From Bacteroidota bacterium (lineage in GTDB: Bacteria; Bacteroidota; Bacteroidia; NORP154), in the NCBI GenBank assembly GCA_043811005.1, contig JBDRNO010000260.1, forward strand, positions 19,579-83,578: 64,000 nucleotides of DNA, given 5' to 3'. The translations under genes were made by a program, and so were the position numbers. Every line of letters begins with the position of its first letter. Position 1 is the first letter of the stretch. The notes beneath the pieces were generated by a model, which worked only from the letters and a program-made list of their open reading frames with translations, was not told the origin of the DNA and did not search any database. This document shows positions 1 through 10,824 of the stretch, piece after piece.

Positions 1-66
1 GATAATCAACAAAAAACTTTAATTACAATAAATAATAAACCATTCGCAGTTGATCTTTTTAAGTAA
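1..66 (+). CDS. 3' end of a CDS entering from upstream (partial; by operon position probably 50S ribosomal protein L3)
   Basis: Frame 1 is open from the window edge to TAA at 64-66, immediately before the rplD start. Only 21 codons are present, so identity rests on S10-operon synteny. Confidence 0.3.
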   Translation, partial: DNQQKTLITINNKPFAVDLFK

Positions 67-696
67 ATGAAATTACCTGTCATAAATATCAAAGGCAAAA
101 AAACAAAAAAAACAATCGAATTAAACGATGATATTTTTGCTATTAAGCCCAATGACCATTCTGTCTATTTGGATGTTAAGCAATATATGGCAAACAAACG
201 GCAGGGAACACATAAAGCAAAAGAAAGATCAGAAATTACTGGTTCAACACGAAAAATCAGGCGACAAAAAGGAACCGGTATGGCCCGTGCTGGAGATATA
301 AAAAGTCCTATTTTCCGGGGTGGAGGGCGAGCATTCGGCCCAAGACCAAGAGACTATGGTTTTAAACTAAACAAAAAACTGAAGAGATTAGCACGAAAAT
401 CTGCTTTAAGTTATAAAGCAAAAGATGAATGTATTGTTATCCTGGAAGATTTTACCTTTGATGCTCCTAAAACAAAGAATTACACTGAATTATTAAATAA
501 CCTGAACTTATCTGGCAAAAAAACATTATTGGTGCTTTCAAAACCAAATAAAAATATACTTCTTTCATCCCGTAACTTACAAGAAGTTGACGTTATAACT
601 GCCTCCGATTTAAACACTTACTGCATTATAAGGGCAAATAATTTGTTGCTTGTTGAAAGTTCGGTAAAAGAAATTGAAAATATATTAGAAAATTAG
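67..696 (+). CDS. rplD: 50S ribosomal protein L4 (uL4)
   Basis: ORF-track translation has uL4 family features. Operon order L4-L23-L2-S19-L22-S3-L16-L29-S17. Confidence 0.92.
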   Translation: MKLPVINIKGKKTKKTIELNDDIFAIKPNDHSVYLDVKQYMANKRQGTHKAKERSEITGSTRKIRRQKGTGMARAGDIKSPIFRGGGRAFGPRPRDYGFKLNKKLKRLARKSALSYKAKDECIVILEDFTFDAPKTKNYTELLNNLNLSGKKTLLVLSKPNKNILLSSRNLQEVDVITASDLNTYCIIRANNLLLVESSVKEIENILEN

Positions 697-795
697 AAAA
701 TTAGTGAATTGGTAAAATAGTATAGTGGTGAATTGGCATATTGGATTATTAAGTTAATTGGAAAGGAACCAATCACCAAATAAACAGATGAACAA

Positions 796-1086
796 ATGAA
801 CTTACTAAAAAAACCTATCGTTACAGAAAAAATGACAGATCAAAGTGATAAGTATAATCGCTATGGTTTTATTGTTGACAAGAATGCAAATAAAATTGAG
901 ATTAAAAAAGCGGTTGAGGAGATGTATGGCGTTACTGTTGATAAAGTAAGAACCCTGAATTACTCAGGCAAACCCAGATCAAGGAACACGAAAAGCGGTG
1001 TAATTCACGGGAGAACCAAAGCATTTAAAAAAGCAATCATCCAACTCGTTAAAGGTGATGTAATTGATTTTTACAGTAGTGTATAA
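796..1086 (+). CDS. rplW: 50S ribosomal protein L23 (uL23)
   Basis: 96-aa basic protein between L4 and L2. The translation looks like uL23. Confidence 0.9.
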   Translation: MNLLKKPIVTEKMTDQSDKYNRYGFIVDKNANKIEIKKAVEEMYGVTVDKVRTLNYSGKPRSRNTKSGVIHGRTKAFKKAIIQLVKGDVIDFYSSV

Positions 1087-1168
1087 AATTCTTGAGGATC
1101 AATAGAAAATAACAAGAACAAAGCTGAGTAATTTAATTGAAAAATAATTCCGATACGTTTAAATCAAA

Positions 1169-1992
1169 ATGTCAGTTAGAAAATTAAAACCCATTACCCC
1201 GGGACAGCGTTTTAAAATTATCAGTGCATTTGACACTATTACAAAATCTGTTCCTGAAAAGGCCTTATTATCATCAAAGAATAGATCTGGTGGTAGAAAC
1301 AATACAGGAAAAATGACTATACGCTACAGGGGCGGTGGACATAAAAAAGGTACAGGATAATTGATTTCAAAAGAGATAAACACGATATTCCTGCTGTTGT
1401 TCGGTCTATCGAATATGACCCAAACAGAACAGCCCGTATTGCATTGATTTATTATGCTGACGGTGAAAAAAGATATATTATCGCACCCAATGGTTTAAAA
1501 GTAGGGCAGAAAATTATTTCCGGCAAAGGTATTTCTCCCGAAATTGGAAATACACTTTATTTATCTGAAATACCTCCTGGTACGATTATTCATAACATAG
1601 AATTAAAACCCGATCAGGGTGGTATACTAGCCAGGGGAGCCGGTGGGCATGCTCAACTGATTACCCGTGAGGGCAAATATGCTGTTGTAAAACTCCCTTC
1701 AGGTGAAACAAGAATGATCTTATCCTCTTGTATGGCAACAATTGGGGCAGTCTCTAATTCTGAAAACAATTTACTATGTCTTGGCAAGGCAGGAAGCAAC
1801 AGATGGAAAGGAAGAAGACCTCGAACCAGGGGTGTAGCCATGAATCCTGTTGATCATCCTATGGGGGGAGGTGAGGGTAAGGCATCAGGAGGTATTCCGC
1901 GATCAAGAAAAGGTATTCCTGCTAAAGGATTTAAGACAAGACACAAGAAAAAATTGTCGGATAAATATATTTTGGAAAAAAGAAAAAAATAA
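1169..1992 (+). CDS. rplB: 50S ribosomal protein L2 (uL2), reading frame interrupted by a 1-nt indel in an A6 run (about 1343-1348)
   Basis: The N-terminal 63 aa (…RYRGGGHKK) and the C-terminal 182 aa (…[10 protein letters not shown]…GGGEG…) are both unmistakably uL2 but lie in different frames. One extra A in the run would give the contiguous …[15 protein letters not shown]…. Confidence 0.85.
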
Positions 1993-2025
1993 AGAACATA
2001 ATTTCATAAATTGATTAAAAATATA

Positions 2026-2322
2026 ATGAGCCGTTCATTAAAAAAAGGTCCTTTTATAGATCTTAAACTTGAGAAAAAAATTCTGGAACATCAGAAATCA
2101 AGGAAAAAGTCAGTTATTAAAACTTGGTCAAGGAGATCAATGATCTCCCCCGATTTTGTTGGATTAACCATTGCCGTTCATAATGGGAACAAGTTTATCC
2201 CAGTTTATATTACAGAAAATATGGTTGGCCATAAATTGGGTGAATTTGCACCTACCCGTATTTTCAGAGGTCATTCAGGTCATAGAAAAGAAGGTGGCGA
2301 TAAAAAAGAAAGTAAACGGTAA
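2026..2322 (+). CDS. rpsS: 30S ribosomal protein S19 (uS19)
   Basis: [10 protein letters not shown]… is the canonical uS19 N-terminus. The start is taken at the ATG at 2026 rather than the TTG at 2011 listed in the ORF track. Confidence 0.9.
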   Translation: MSRSLKKGPFIDLKLEKKILEHQKSRKKSVIKTWSRRSMISPDFVGLTIAVHNGNKFIPVYITENMVGHKLGEFAPTRIFRGHSGHRKEGGDKKESKR

Positions 2323-2411
2323 CTAAAAAACTTGCCGATTTGTTAACAAGAAAAATTCGTTTACAAATTATCGGGTTTAAACTGCATGTAAAATATTAAA
2401 CAAATAATAAA

Positions 2412-2834
2412 TTGAATCCAAAAGAACAAATAATATCTAACGAAATTAAAAAACCCAAAAAGAATATATTCTTCGCTAAATTAAATAATTGCCCAACTTC
2501 ACCACGAAAAATGAGGCTGGTTGCTGATTTAATCAGGGGCGTTGATGTTGACAGGGCTTTGCAAATATTGAAATTCAATTCTAAAGAAGCTTCTCTAAAA
2601 TTAGAGAAATTGCTTCTTTCTGCAATTGCTAACTGGCAAACCAAAAACGAAGGAATAAGAATTGAAGAAAGTCAACTATATGTTAAAGAGATATATGTTG
2701 ACAGCGCAAGGCAATTAAAAAGATTTCGCCCGGCACCCCATGGAAGGGCTCACAGGATAAGGAAGCGCTCTAATCATGTTACTTTAGTAATCGACAGTGC
2801 CAATAAACAACCAGCAGTTGGCAGTAGGCAATAA
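2412..2834 (+). CDS. rplV: 50S ribosomal protein L22 (uL22)
   Basis: Translation matches uL22. Operon position is consistent. Confidence 0.9.
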   Translation: MNPKEQIISNEIKKPKKNIFFAKLNNCPTSPRKMRLVADLIRGVDVDRALQILKFNSKEASLKLEKLLLSAIANWQTKNEGIRIEESQLYVKEIYVDSARQLKRFRPAPHGRAHRIRKRSNHVTLVIDSANKQPAVGSRQ

Positions 2835-2879
2835 TCAGTAAGCAATAATATCAAACCCCAATAACAATAAAATAAAAGA

Positions 2880-3596
2880 ATGGGACAAAAAACAAATCCA
2901 ATAGGTAACCGTTTGGGAATCATTTATGGCTGGGATTCAAACTGGTATGGAGGGAAAAAATATGCAGATAAATTAATTGAAGACAATAAAATCAGAAGTT
3001 ATTTAAAAGTTCGATTTATTAAAGCAAGTGTTTCAAAAATTATCATTGAAAGAACCTTAAAACTTATTACAGTAACCGTTAATACTGCCCGACCCGGCAT
3101 TATAATTGGAAAGGGTGGTCAGGAGGTTGACAAGCTCAAAGAGGAACTAAAAAAAATCACAAAGAAAGAAGTACAGATAAATATTTATGAAATTAAAAGA
3201 CCGGAGCTTAACGCAAGATTAATTGCAGATAGCATTGCCAAGCAAATAGAAGGTAGGATATCCTTCAGAAGAGCAACTAAAATGGCTATTGCTTCATCTA
3301 TGCGTATTGGTGCAGAAGGGATTAAAGTATCAATTTCCGGCCGTTTAAATGGGGCTGAAATGGCAAGGACAGAGCAATATAAAGAAGGAAGGATTCCTTT
3401 GCACACCTTTAGAGCTGATATTGACTTTGCATTGAGTGAAGCCCAAATGTCTTACGGCAAAATTGGTGTTAAAGTATGGATTTGCAAAGGTGAAGTATAT
3501 GGCAAAAGAGATTTATCTCCTAATATTGGTTTACTGAAATTGAGAGAGGGTAAAACAGCACCTAAGTTTAAACATAGAAAAGAAAAAAGAAATTAA
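2880..3596 (+). CDS. rpsC: 30S ribosomal protein S3 (uS3)
   Basis: [13 protein letters not shown]… KH-domain S3 signature. Confidence 0.93.
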   Translation: MGQKTNPIGNRLGIIYGWDSNWYGGKKYADKLIEDNKIRSYLKVRFIKASVSKIIIERTLKLITVTVNTARPGIIIGKGGQEVDKLKEELKKITKKEVQINIYEIKRPELNARLIADSIAKQIEGRISFRRATKMAIASSMRIGAEGIKVSISGRLNGAEMARTEQYKEGRIPLHTFRADIDFALSEAQMSYGKIGVKVWICKGEVYGKRDLSPNIGLLKLREGKTAPKFKHRKEKRN

Positions 3597-3598
3597 AA

Positions 3599-4018
3599 AT
3601 GTTACAACCTGCCAGAACAAAATACAGAAAAGCTCAGAAAGGGAGAATGAAAGGCAATTCCCAGCGTGGCAACCAACTCGCTTTTGGATCTTATGGAATA
3701 AAAGCTCTTGAAGAATACTGGTTGACAAGTGCGCAAATTGAAGCTGCACGTATTGCTGTTACACGTCACATGAAACGAGAAGGACAATTGTGGATAAGAA
3801 TCTTTCCCGATAAACCAATTACTAAAAAACCAGCAGAGGTTCGTATGGGTAAAGGAAAGGGAGCACCTGAACATTTTGTTGCCAGAGTAACACCAGGGAG
3901 AATATTAATAGAAGCTGAAGGTGTCCCTCTTAATATTGCTAAAGAGGCATTACGCCTTGCTTCTCAAAAACTTCCTATTATTACAAAGTTTATTATAAGA
4001 AGAGATTTTGTTGAATAA
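3599..4018 (+). CDS. rplP: 50S ribosomal protein L16 (uL16)
   Basis: [19 protein letters not shown]… is the uL16 N-terminus. Confidence 0.93.
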   Translation: MLQPARTKYRKAQKGRMKGNSQRGNQLAFGSYGIKALEEYWLTSAQIEAARIAVTRHMKREGQLWIRIFPDKPITKKPAEVRMGKGKGAPEHFVARVTPGRILIEAEGVPLNIAKEALRLASQKLPIITKFIIRRDFVE

Positions 4019-4052
4019 TAAGAGCATAAATCGTATAAATTAATTTAAAAAA

Positions 4053-4256
4053 ATGAAAACAGCAGTCATCAAAGAAATGTCTTTGGATGAAATCCGTGAA
4101 AGAGTTGAGGGCGAAGAAAATATGTTGGCAAAGCTGAAACTTAATCATGCTATCTCCCAATTGGAAAATCCCATGAAAATTAAATATGCTAGGAAAACCG
4201 TTGCGAGATTGTTAACAGAGATTCGTATAAGAGAAATCCAAGGTTCGCAAACATGA
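4053..4256 (+). CDS. rpmC: 50S ribosomal protein L29 (uL29)
   Basis: 67-aa helical protein. Operon position is consistent. Confidence 0.85.
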   Translation: MKTAVIKEMSLDEIRERVEGEENMLAKLKLNHAISQLENPMKIKYARKTVARLLTEIRIREIQGSQT

Positions 4257-4297
4257 TAAAAAACAACAAAGCAAATTGATCTAAAATCATTCTAAGT

Positions 4298-4555
4298 ATG
4301 GAACAAAGAAACTTAAGAAAAGAAAGGATTGGTTTTGTCACTAGTGATAAGATGGATAAATCTATTACCGTAGCCGTTGAACGAAAAGTAAAACATCCTA
4401 AATATGGCAAGTTTATTAAAACAACTAATAAATTTATCGTACATGATGAAAAAAATGACTGTGGCGAAGGGGACTTCGTCCGTATTATGGAAACCAGACC
4501 TTTGAGTAAAAAAAAACACTGGAGAGTAGTTGAAATAATAGAAAAAGCAAAATAA
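4298..4555 (+). CDS. rpsQ: 30S ribosomal protein S17 (uS17)
   Basis: 85 aa with uS17-like sequence. Operon position is consistent. Confidence 0.88.
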   Translation: MEQRNLRKERIGFVTSDKMDKSITVAVERKVKHPKYGKFIKTTNKFIVHDEKNDCGEGDFVRIMETRPLSKKKHWRVVEIIEKAK

Positions 4556-4558
4556 AAA

Positions 4559-4927
4559 ATGATACAACAGGAATCAAGATTAGCAGTTGCAGACAACAGT
4601 GGCGCCAAGGAAGTGCTTTGTATTAAAGTGCTTGGTGGCACAAAAAGAAGATATGCCTCTATTGGTGATAAAATTGTTATTACCGTTAAAGATGCTATGC
4701 CTTCCGGTAATATTAAAAAAGGAACTGTTTCAAAAGCTGTTATTGTACGAACAAAAAAAGAAGTTCGCAGGGCAGATGGCTCATATATTCGTTTTGATGA
4801 TAACGCATGCGTTTTATTGACTGCTACCGAAGAGTTAATAGGTACGCGTATTTTCGGGCCTGTTGCACGTGAGTTAAGGGAAAAAAGATTTATGAAAATA
4901 GTCTCTTTAGCACCTGAAGTAATCTAA
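4559..4927 (+). CDS. rplN: 50S ribosomal protein L14 (uL14)
   Basis: [17 protein letters not shown]… is the canonical uL14 start. Confidence 0.93.
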   Translation: MIQQESRLAVADNSGAKEVLCIKVLGGTKRRYASIGDKIVITVKDAMPSGNIKKGTVSKAVIVRTKKEVRRADGSYIRFDDNACVLLTATEELIGTRIFGPVARELREKRFMKIVSLAPEVI

Positions 4928-4952
4928 TAAGAACAAATAAAAACAATTAAAA

Positions 4953-5273
4953 GTGCCAAAACTACACATTAAAAAAGGGGATAACGTAAAGGTAATTGCC
5001 GGTGAAGATAAAGGAAAACAGGGAAGGATACTTGCAGTTATTTTGCAAAAACATAAAGCCCTTGTTGAGGGACTTAATATGGTATCTAAACATACAAAAC
5101 CCAATGCTACTAATCCGCAAGGGGGTATCATGAAAAAAGAAGCTCCAATTCATATATCAAACTTAATGCTGTTGGATCCATCAACCGGAGAACCAACAAG
5201 AATAGGAAGGAAAAAAGATAAACATGGTAAAATGATGCGTTTTTCCAGAAAATCAAATGAAATAATTAAGTAA
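4953..5273 (+). CDS. rplX: 50S ribosomal protein L24 (uL24)
   Basis: KOW-domain protein. Operon position is consistent. Confidence 0.9.
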   Translation: MPKLHIKKGDNVKVIAGEDKGKQGRILAVILQKHKALVEGLNMVSKHTKPNATNPQGGIMKKEAPIHISNLMLLDPSTGEPTRIGRKKDKHGKMMRFSRKSNEIIK

Positions 5274-5821
5274 TGGCTAAAATACCTAATCTGAAAAAGA
5301 AATACAAAGAAAATGTTATCCCTGCTTTATTGCAGCAGTTTAACTATAAAACTACTACACAGGTTCCCAGGCTTGAAAAAGTATGCCTCAACCAAGGGGT
5401 TGGAGATGCCGTTGCAGATAAAAAATTGATCGAATCTGCAATCGATGAAATCACTCTAATTACTGGTCAGAAAGCTGTGCCTACAATTTCCAAAAAGGAT
5501 ATATCTAATTTTAAGCTGAGAAAGGGAATGACAATTGGAGTTAGGGTTACATTGAGAGGGAATAAAATGTATGAATTTGTTGAGAGATTGGTATCAATAG
5601 CCATCCCCAGAACCAGGGATTTCAGTGGAATCAGCACAAAAAGCTTTGACCGAAGAGGAAATTATACATTGGGCATAAAAGAACAAATTATTTTCCCCGA
5701 GATTGATCTGGATAAAGTTAATAACATTACCGGAATGGATATAACTTTCGTTACATCAGCTAAAACTGATAAGGAGGCATTGGCACTACTGAAAGAATTG
5801 GGATTGCCATTTAAAAATTGA
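5273..5821 (+). CDS. rplE: 50S ribosomal protein L5 (uL5)
   Basis: Translation matches uL5. Its start overlaps the rplX stop in a TAATG overlap. Confidence 0.92.
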   Translation: MAKIPNLKKKYKENVIPALLQQFNYKTTTQVPRLEKVCLNQGVGDAVADKKLIESAIDEITLITGQKAVPTISKKDISNFKLRKGMTIGVRVTLRGNKMYEFVERLVSIAIPRTRDFSGISTKSFDRRGNYTLGIKEQIIFPEIDLDKVNNITGMDITFVTSAKTDKEALALLKELGLPFKN

Positions 5822-5960
5822 TTATAAATTATTATGAATTCTTATGAGTTAAAAAGAAAAAATTAAGAAAAGATAAACCTCCAATTTTAATCTAAATTTA
5901 TAAAAAAACAAAACCAATCAACAATATTCTTTAAGCAATAGTAAATAATCATTTGAAAGC

Positions 5961-6230
5961 ATGGCTAAAGAATCAATAAAAGCGAGAGAAGTTAAAAGAC
6001 GAAAGCTTTGTAAGAAATATGCTGCTAAAAGAGCAGCTTTAAAAGCTGTAGGTGATTATGTGGGCTTGCAAAAATTACCCCGCAATGCCTCGCCTGTTCG
6101 TTTGCACAACAGATGCAGCTTAACCGGACGCCCAAAGGGATACATTCGCCAATTTGGAGTATCCCGAATTGTTTTTAGGGAAATGGCACAAAAAGGGCTG
6201 ATACCGGGAATAACAAAGGCAAGCTGGTAA
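5961..6230 (+). CDS. rpsN: 30S ribosomal protein S14 (uS14, long form)
   Basis: 89 aa with uS14 features. Sits between L5 and S8. Confidence 0.88.
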   Translation: MAKESIKAREVKRRKLCKKYAAKRAALKAVGDYVGLQKLPRNASPVRLHNRCSLTGRPKGYIRQFGVSRIVFREMAQKGLIPGITKASW

Positions 6231-6285
6231 AAAATTCAAGAATAACGATTTGCGATTTGCGAAAATCATTAATCTTTAAATCAAT

Positions 6286-6708
6286 ATGACTGATCCAATA
6301 GCCGATTACCTGACAAGAATAAGAAATGCCATTAAGGCAAATCATAAAGTTGTGAATATCCCCGCATCAAACCTTAAAAAAGAGATTACAAAAACGCTGT
6401 TTGATTATGGATATATCCTAAATTATAAATTTGAGGATGCTGTGCTCGCCACTAAAGAAAATGCCCCTGGCAGACAAGGTAATATTAAAATTGCACTCAA
6501 ATATCACCATGTTACTAATATACCGGCTATCAGGAAAATCCAAAGAGTAAGCAAACCAGGTTTAAGGAAATATACAAAAGCAGATAAATTGCCCAGAGTG
6601 CTGAATGGACTGGGCATTGCTATCCTGTCTAGCTCAAAAGGGGTCATAACTGACAAAGAAGCCAGAAAAGTGAATGTAGGTGGAGAAGTAATGTGTTATG
6701 TCTATTAA
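6286..6708 (+). CDS. rpsH: 30S ribosomal protein S8 (uS8)
   Basis: [15 protein letters not shown]… is the uS8 signature. Confidence 0.92.
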   Translation: MTDPIADYLTRIRNAIKANHKVVNIPASNLKKEITKTLFDYGYILNYKFEDAVLATKENAPGRQGNIKIALKYHHVTNIPAIRKIQRVSKPGLRKYTKADKLPRVLNGLGIAILSSSKGVITDKEARKVNVGGEVMCYVY

Positions 6709-6784
6709 TTGGTGAATTAAAAATATGTGACGATCAAATAATAATATTTCCATTCAGCAAATTAACCAATCAACAAATAATCAA

Positions 6785-7387
6785 ATGTCAAGAATAGGGA
6801 AATTGCCAATTTTAGTCCCCGATGAAGTAGACGTTATTATTTCTGATACTGGCTCTGCAGGTGGAGGGATGAATCATGTTACAGTGAAAGGACCTTTAGG
6901 GGAGTTAAGTCAAACCATTGACTCCTGTTTAACGGTAAAGCTCATCTCAAAGGAATCAAACGGAGGGAGTGCAAAACTTGTTGTTGAAAGACACACTGAA
7001 CAGAAAAGACATAAATCACTGCATGGCTTGTCCAGATCCCTCTTAGCAAACATGATTGAGGGTGTTTCTAAAGGATACAAAAAAGAGCTGGAATTGGTGG
7101 GCGTGGGATATAAAATTTCCAATAATGGACAATTACTTGAATTGAGTTTAGGTTATTCACATAATATTATCTTTGAATTACCTCCTGAGATAAAATTAGA
7201 GACAAAAACCGAAAGAAGCAAAAACCCGGTTATTTCACTGCAATCTCATGACAAACAGTTAATAGGTCATATTGCCGCAAAAATTCGTTCATTCAAAAAG
7301 CCAGAACCTTATAAAGGTAAAGGGATCAAATATGTCGGAGAACAATTGAGAAGAAAAGCCGGGAAAGCTGCCGCTAAAGAAATGTAA
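6785..7387 (+). CDS. rplF: 50S ribosomal protein L6 (uL6), with a short extra segment near the N-terminus
   Basis: MSRIGKLPI… and …KPEPYKGKGI… are uL6 signatures. The protein is 200 aa. Confidence 0.9.
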   Translation: MSRIGKLPILVPDEVDVIISDTGSAGGGMNHVTVKGPLGELSQTIDSCLTVKLISKESNGGSAKLVVERHTEQKRHKSLHGLSRSLLANMIEGVSKGYKKELELVGVGYKISNNGQLLELSLGYSHNIIFELPPEIKLETKTERSKNPVISLQSHDKQLIGHIAAKIRSFKKPEPYKGKGIKYVGEQLRRKAGKAAAKEM

Positions 7388-7458
7388 TTAAGAACATAGC
7401 TACGCTATTTAATTAAAAAGTAAAAAGTAAAAGTGAGTAAATTCCGATACTATTAATT

Positions 7459-7815
7459 ATGGCATCAATAAGAAAAAAACACAGAAGAGAAAGAATAAAA
7501 TACAGGATTAGAAAAACAATTTCCGGCACTGCCGAAAGACCTCGTTTAACAGTATTTAAAAGCAATAAACAAATTTACGCTCAATTGATTGACGATTTAG
7601 TAGGACATACCCTTATAGCAACATCCTCAAGAGATGACAAATCCGCCCAAAATATCCCAAAAATTGAGCAAGCAAAAATTGCGGGTAAATCCATTGCTGA
7701 AAAAGCAATTAAATCCGGAATCACAAATGTTGTATTTGATAGAAACGGATACTTATATCACGGCAGGGTCAAAACATTAGCTGAAGCAGCCAGAGAAGCA
7801 GGACTTAAATACTAA
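7459..7815 (+). CDS. rplR: 50S ribosomal protein L18 (uL18)
   Basis: Translation matches uL18. Operon position is consistent. Confidence 0.9.
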   Translation: MASIRKKHRRERIKYRIRKTISGTAERPRLTVFKSNKQIYAQLIDDLVGHTLIATSSRDDKSAQNIPKIEQAKIAGKSIAEKAIKSGITNVVFDRNGYLYHGRVKTLAEAAREAGLKY

Positions 7816-7819
7816 TAAA

Positions 7820-8338
7820 ATGACACATTCTAAAATCAAAAGAATAAAAGCAAGTGAGATAGAACTAAAAGACAAGCTTGTAAGTATAAGAAGAGTTACA
7901 AAGGTTACCAAAGGAGGTAGAACCTTCAGCTTTTCAGCTATCGTGGTTGTGGGAGATGAAAACGGAATAGTTGGTTATGGACTGGGTAAAGCCAAAGAGG
8001 TTACTACTGCTATCGAAAAAGGTATTGATGATGCTAAAAAGAACCTTGTTTCGGTACCAATTATTAAAGGAACCATTCCTCATGAACAAATCGGAAAATT
8101 CAGCGGTGCAGTGGTTTTCTTAAAACCAGCGGCTCATGGTACAGGTGTGATTGCCGGTGGGGCAATGCGTGCTGTATTGGAAAATGTTGGAGTAACCGAT
8201 GTGTTGGCAAAATCAAAGGGCTCATCAAACCCTCATAATGTTGTAAAAGCGACAATGAATGCATTGATGCAAATGAGAGATGCCTTTACCATTGCTCAAC
8301 AAAGAGGAATTAGCATGGATAAAGTGTTTAATGGATAA
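7820..8338 (+). CDS. rpsE: 30S ribosomal protein S5 (uS5)
   Basis: Translation matches uS5. Confidence 0.92.
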   Translation: MTHSKIKRIKASEIELKDKLVSIRRVTKVTKGGRTFSFSAIVVVGDENGIVGYGLGKAKEVTTAIEKGIDDAKKNLVSVPIIKGTIPHEQIGKFSGAVVFLKPAAHGTGVIAGGAMRAVLENVGVTDVLAKSKGSSNPHNVVKATMNALMQMRDAFTIAQQRGISMDKVFNG

Positions 8339-8355
8339 TAACAAATCAACAACTA

Positions 8356-8535
8356 ATGTCCAAAATAAGGATAAAACAAGTCAGAAGTAAAATTAACAGA
8401 CCTCAACGGCAAAAAAGAACATTACACGCCCTTGGTCTGAAAAAAATAGACCAGTTTGTTGAGGTCGAAGCAACCCCACAGGTTTTGGGGATGGTTAATA
8501 AAGTAAAGCATTTGGTTGTTGTTGAAGTGACCTAG
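8356..8535 (+). CDS. rpmD: 50S ribosomal protein L30 (uL30)
   Basis: Not in the ORF track because it is under 60 aa. Manual translation from the ATG at 8356 gives MSKIRIKQVRSKINRPQRQKRTLHALGLKKIDQFVEVEATPQVLGMVNKVKHLVVVEVT, a typical uL30 sitting between S5 and L15. Confidence 0.85.
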   Translation: MSKIRIKQVRSKINRPQRQKRTLHALGLKKIDQFVEVEATPQVLGMVNKVKHLVVVEVT

Positions 8536-8582
8536 TACTTAGTTGCATAAAAAGTAGTATTTATTTGTAAAAATAAAAGCAA

Positions 8583-8614
8583 ATTGCATATTTATACACA
8601 GGTTTGTACCTTTG
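8583..8614 (+). promoter_or_regulatory. Possible internal promoter ahead of rplO-secY (−33 ATTG … −7 TAccTTTG)
   Basis: TACCTTTG at 8607-8614 with ATTG 20 nt upstream. Located in the unusual 117-nt L30-L15 spacer. Confidence 0.3.
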
Positions 8615-8657
8615 CACCCCCAAATTTTCAATTTAACAACTTCAAGGAAAAGTGATT

Positions 8658-9197
8658 ATGGACTTAAGTAACCAAAAACCTGCTAAAGGGTCTATTAAAA
8701 AAAACAAAAGACTGGGCAAAGGGCAAGGATCCGGGAGAGGTGGAACTTCTACCAAAGGACACAAGGGTCAGCAGTCAAGATCTGGTTATTCCCGGAAATT
8801 CGGATTTGAGGGGGGGCAACAACCATTACAAACTAGAGTTCCCAAATTCGGCTTTAAAAACATCAACAGGAAAGAATACAGGGGAATTAACCTGGATATT
8901 TTGCAAAATCTAGTCGATAAAAAGAAAGTTGAAAAAATAGATGTTGAAACATTTATTAATAACGGTTTGGCTTCTAAAAATGACCTTATCAAAATATTGG
9001 GCAGGGGTGAGTTAAAAGCAAAATTAGAAGTAAAAGCACATGCTTTTTCCAAAACGGCAAAAGCTGCTATTGAATCATCAGGAGGAATTATTGTTATATT
9101 AGACAGATACAAATCAGGAAAAGAAGATAAAACAAAAGTAAAAAATGCTAAAAATACGGTTACAGCAGAAAAAGCAAAGAAACAACCTGTTTGTTAA
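8658..9197 (+). CDS. rplO: 50S ribosomal protein L15 (uL15) with a lysine-rich C-terminal extension
   Basis: MDLSNQKPAKGSIKKNKRLGKGQGSGRGGTS… is the uL15 glycine-rich N-terminus. Start chosen at the ATG at 8658. Confidence 0.9.
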   Translation: MDLSNQKPAKGSIKKNKRLGKGQGSGRGGTSTKGHKGQQSRSGYSRKFGFEGGQQPLQTRVPKFGFKNINRKEYRGINLDILQNLVDKKKVEKIDVETFINNGLASKNDLIKILGRGELKAKLEVKAHAFSKTAKAAIESSGGIIVILDRYKSGKEDKTKVKNAKNTVTAEKAKKQPVC

Positions 9198-9224
9198 AAC
9201 CATAAAACGTAAATCACAAATCTG

Positions 9225-10559
9225 ATGAGGGGACTGATTGAGACATTGCGAAATATTTACAAGATTGAAGATCTGAGGGTTAGGATTATGTTTACATTAG
9301 GGTTCTTGATGGTGTATAGATTAGGGACTTATATTGTATTACCCGGTGTTGACCCTGATGCTTTGGAAGCAGCGACCAGTGGGCCTCAAGGTGGGCTGAC
9401 AGGTCTTTTGGACATGTTTGCCGGAGGTGCATTCTCTCGTGCTTCAATATGCGCACTGGGTATTATGCCTTATATCTCGGCATCTATTGTTATACAACTT
9501 TTAGGTATGGCAATACCATATTTTCAGAAATTACAGAAAGAAGGAGAGAGCGGAAGGAGAAAGATCAACCAGATTACCCGTATGTTAACAATCTTAATTA
9601 CTTTAGGACAAGCACCGGCATATATTTCCTCACAAATTCCAACTAGCGCAATAATTGGCGGCCCCAGTGCTTTTTTTAATATCTCTACTACTATAATCCT
9701 TACAACCGGCACACTGTTTATTATGTGGCTGGGTGAAAAAATTACCGATAAAGGCATTGGAAATGGAATCTCTTTATTGATTATGATCGGAATTATAGCA
9801 AGACTACCTTTTGCCTTTGCCGCTGAGTTTTTCTCCAGATTAGAAGAACAAGGTGGGGGTTTGGTGATGTTCCTTGTCGAAATCGTTTTATTAATGCTGG
9901 TTATCCTTTCAACAATACTCCTGGTACAAGGCAGCAGAAGAGTGCCTGTGCAGTTTGCGAAAAGAATTGTCGGAAACAAGCAATATGGTGGCGTTAGGCA
10001 ATTTATCCCATTAAAAGTTAACGCTGCCGGTGTAATGCCTATTATCTTCGCCCAGGCAATAATGTTTGTCCCTTTAACACTTGCAGGCTTCTCAGACTCG
10101 TCTACACTTCAGGGATTCTTTGCAGCTTTTACTGATTTTACCGGATTTTGGTATAACTTTGTATTCGCTGTGATGATAATTATATTCACTTATTTCTATA
10201 CTGCCATTACTATTAACCCTAATCAAATGGCTGAAGAAATGAAGCGAAACGGAGGTTTTATCCCAGGTGTTAAGCCAGGGAGACAAACAGCAGAGTTTCT
10301 CGATGGCGTTATGTCTAAAATTACTCTACCGGGTTCAATATTCCTTGCTATTGTAGCAATATTACCAGCTTTTGCAATGATAGGAGGAGTGAATAGCCAA
10401 TTTGCACAATTCTATGGAGGAACATCTTTGTTGATAATGGTAGGTGTTGTATTAGATACTTTACAGCAAATAGAAAGCCATTTATTAATGCGTCATTATG
10501 ATGGATTAATGAAATCAGGAAGGATCAAAGGAAGATCCTCCTTGAGTATGGCTACATAA
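9225..10559 (+). CDS. secY: preprotein translocase subunit SecY
   Basis: 444-aa polytopic membrane protein directly after rplO. The translation looks like SecY. Confidence 0.93.
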   Translation: MRGLIETLRNIYKIEDLRVRIMFTLGFLMVYRLGTYIVLPGVDPDALEAATSGPQGGLTGLLDMFAGGAFSRASICALGIMPYISASIVIQLLGMAIPYFQKLQKEGESGRRKINQITRMLTILITLGQAPAYISSQIPTSAIIGGPSAFFNISTTIILTTGTLFIMWLGEKITDKGIGNGISLLIMIGIIARLPFAFAAEFFSRLEEQGGGLVMFLVEIVLLMLVILSTILLVQGSRRVPVQFAKRIVGNKQYGGVRQFIPLKVNAAGVMPIIFAQAIMFVPLTLAGFSDSSTLQGFFAAFTDFTGFWYNFVFAVMIIIFTYFYTAITINPNQMAEEMKRNGGFIPGVKPGRQTAEFLDGVMSKITLPGSIFLAIVAILPAFAMIGGVNSQFAQFYGGTSLLIMVGVVLDTLQQIESHLLMRHYDGLMKSGRIKGRSSLSMAT

Positions 10560-10824
10560 TGAACATAATAGAGTAATTTTATTGAAAAACTTTAAATATC
10601 TCCCGCTAAGCATCCGCCAGCTGGCGGACATAGAACGCAATGATTTATATAAAAAGTAATATTATAGCGAACTTTGCGGGCTATGCGGGATAAAACTTTA
10701 AAATGCGAAGCATTGCTCATTAAGATAATTAATTTTATAGGTATTCGCGAATCTTACGATTTCACGATGGGTTTAAGTGCGGTATGCCCAAAGGTATGAG
10801 TAAATTCCGATACAATCAATTAGG

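Noticed and set aside
1653-1841. Antisense and overlapping ORFs inside ribosomal protein genes (for example 1653-1841−, 2396-2644−, 3185-3406−, 3602-3874−, 4189-4641−, 9524-9979−, 12630-12917−, 13297-13551+).
   Set aside because: They are embedded in strongly supported r-protein or SecY CDSs, their translations are low-complexity, and none has a family match. They are typical spurious ORFs of AT-rich DNA.
10560-10824. Possible missing adk gene between secY and map.
   Set aside because: secY-map-infA-rpmJ without adk is the usual Bacteroidota arrangement. No ORF remnant is visible.
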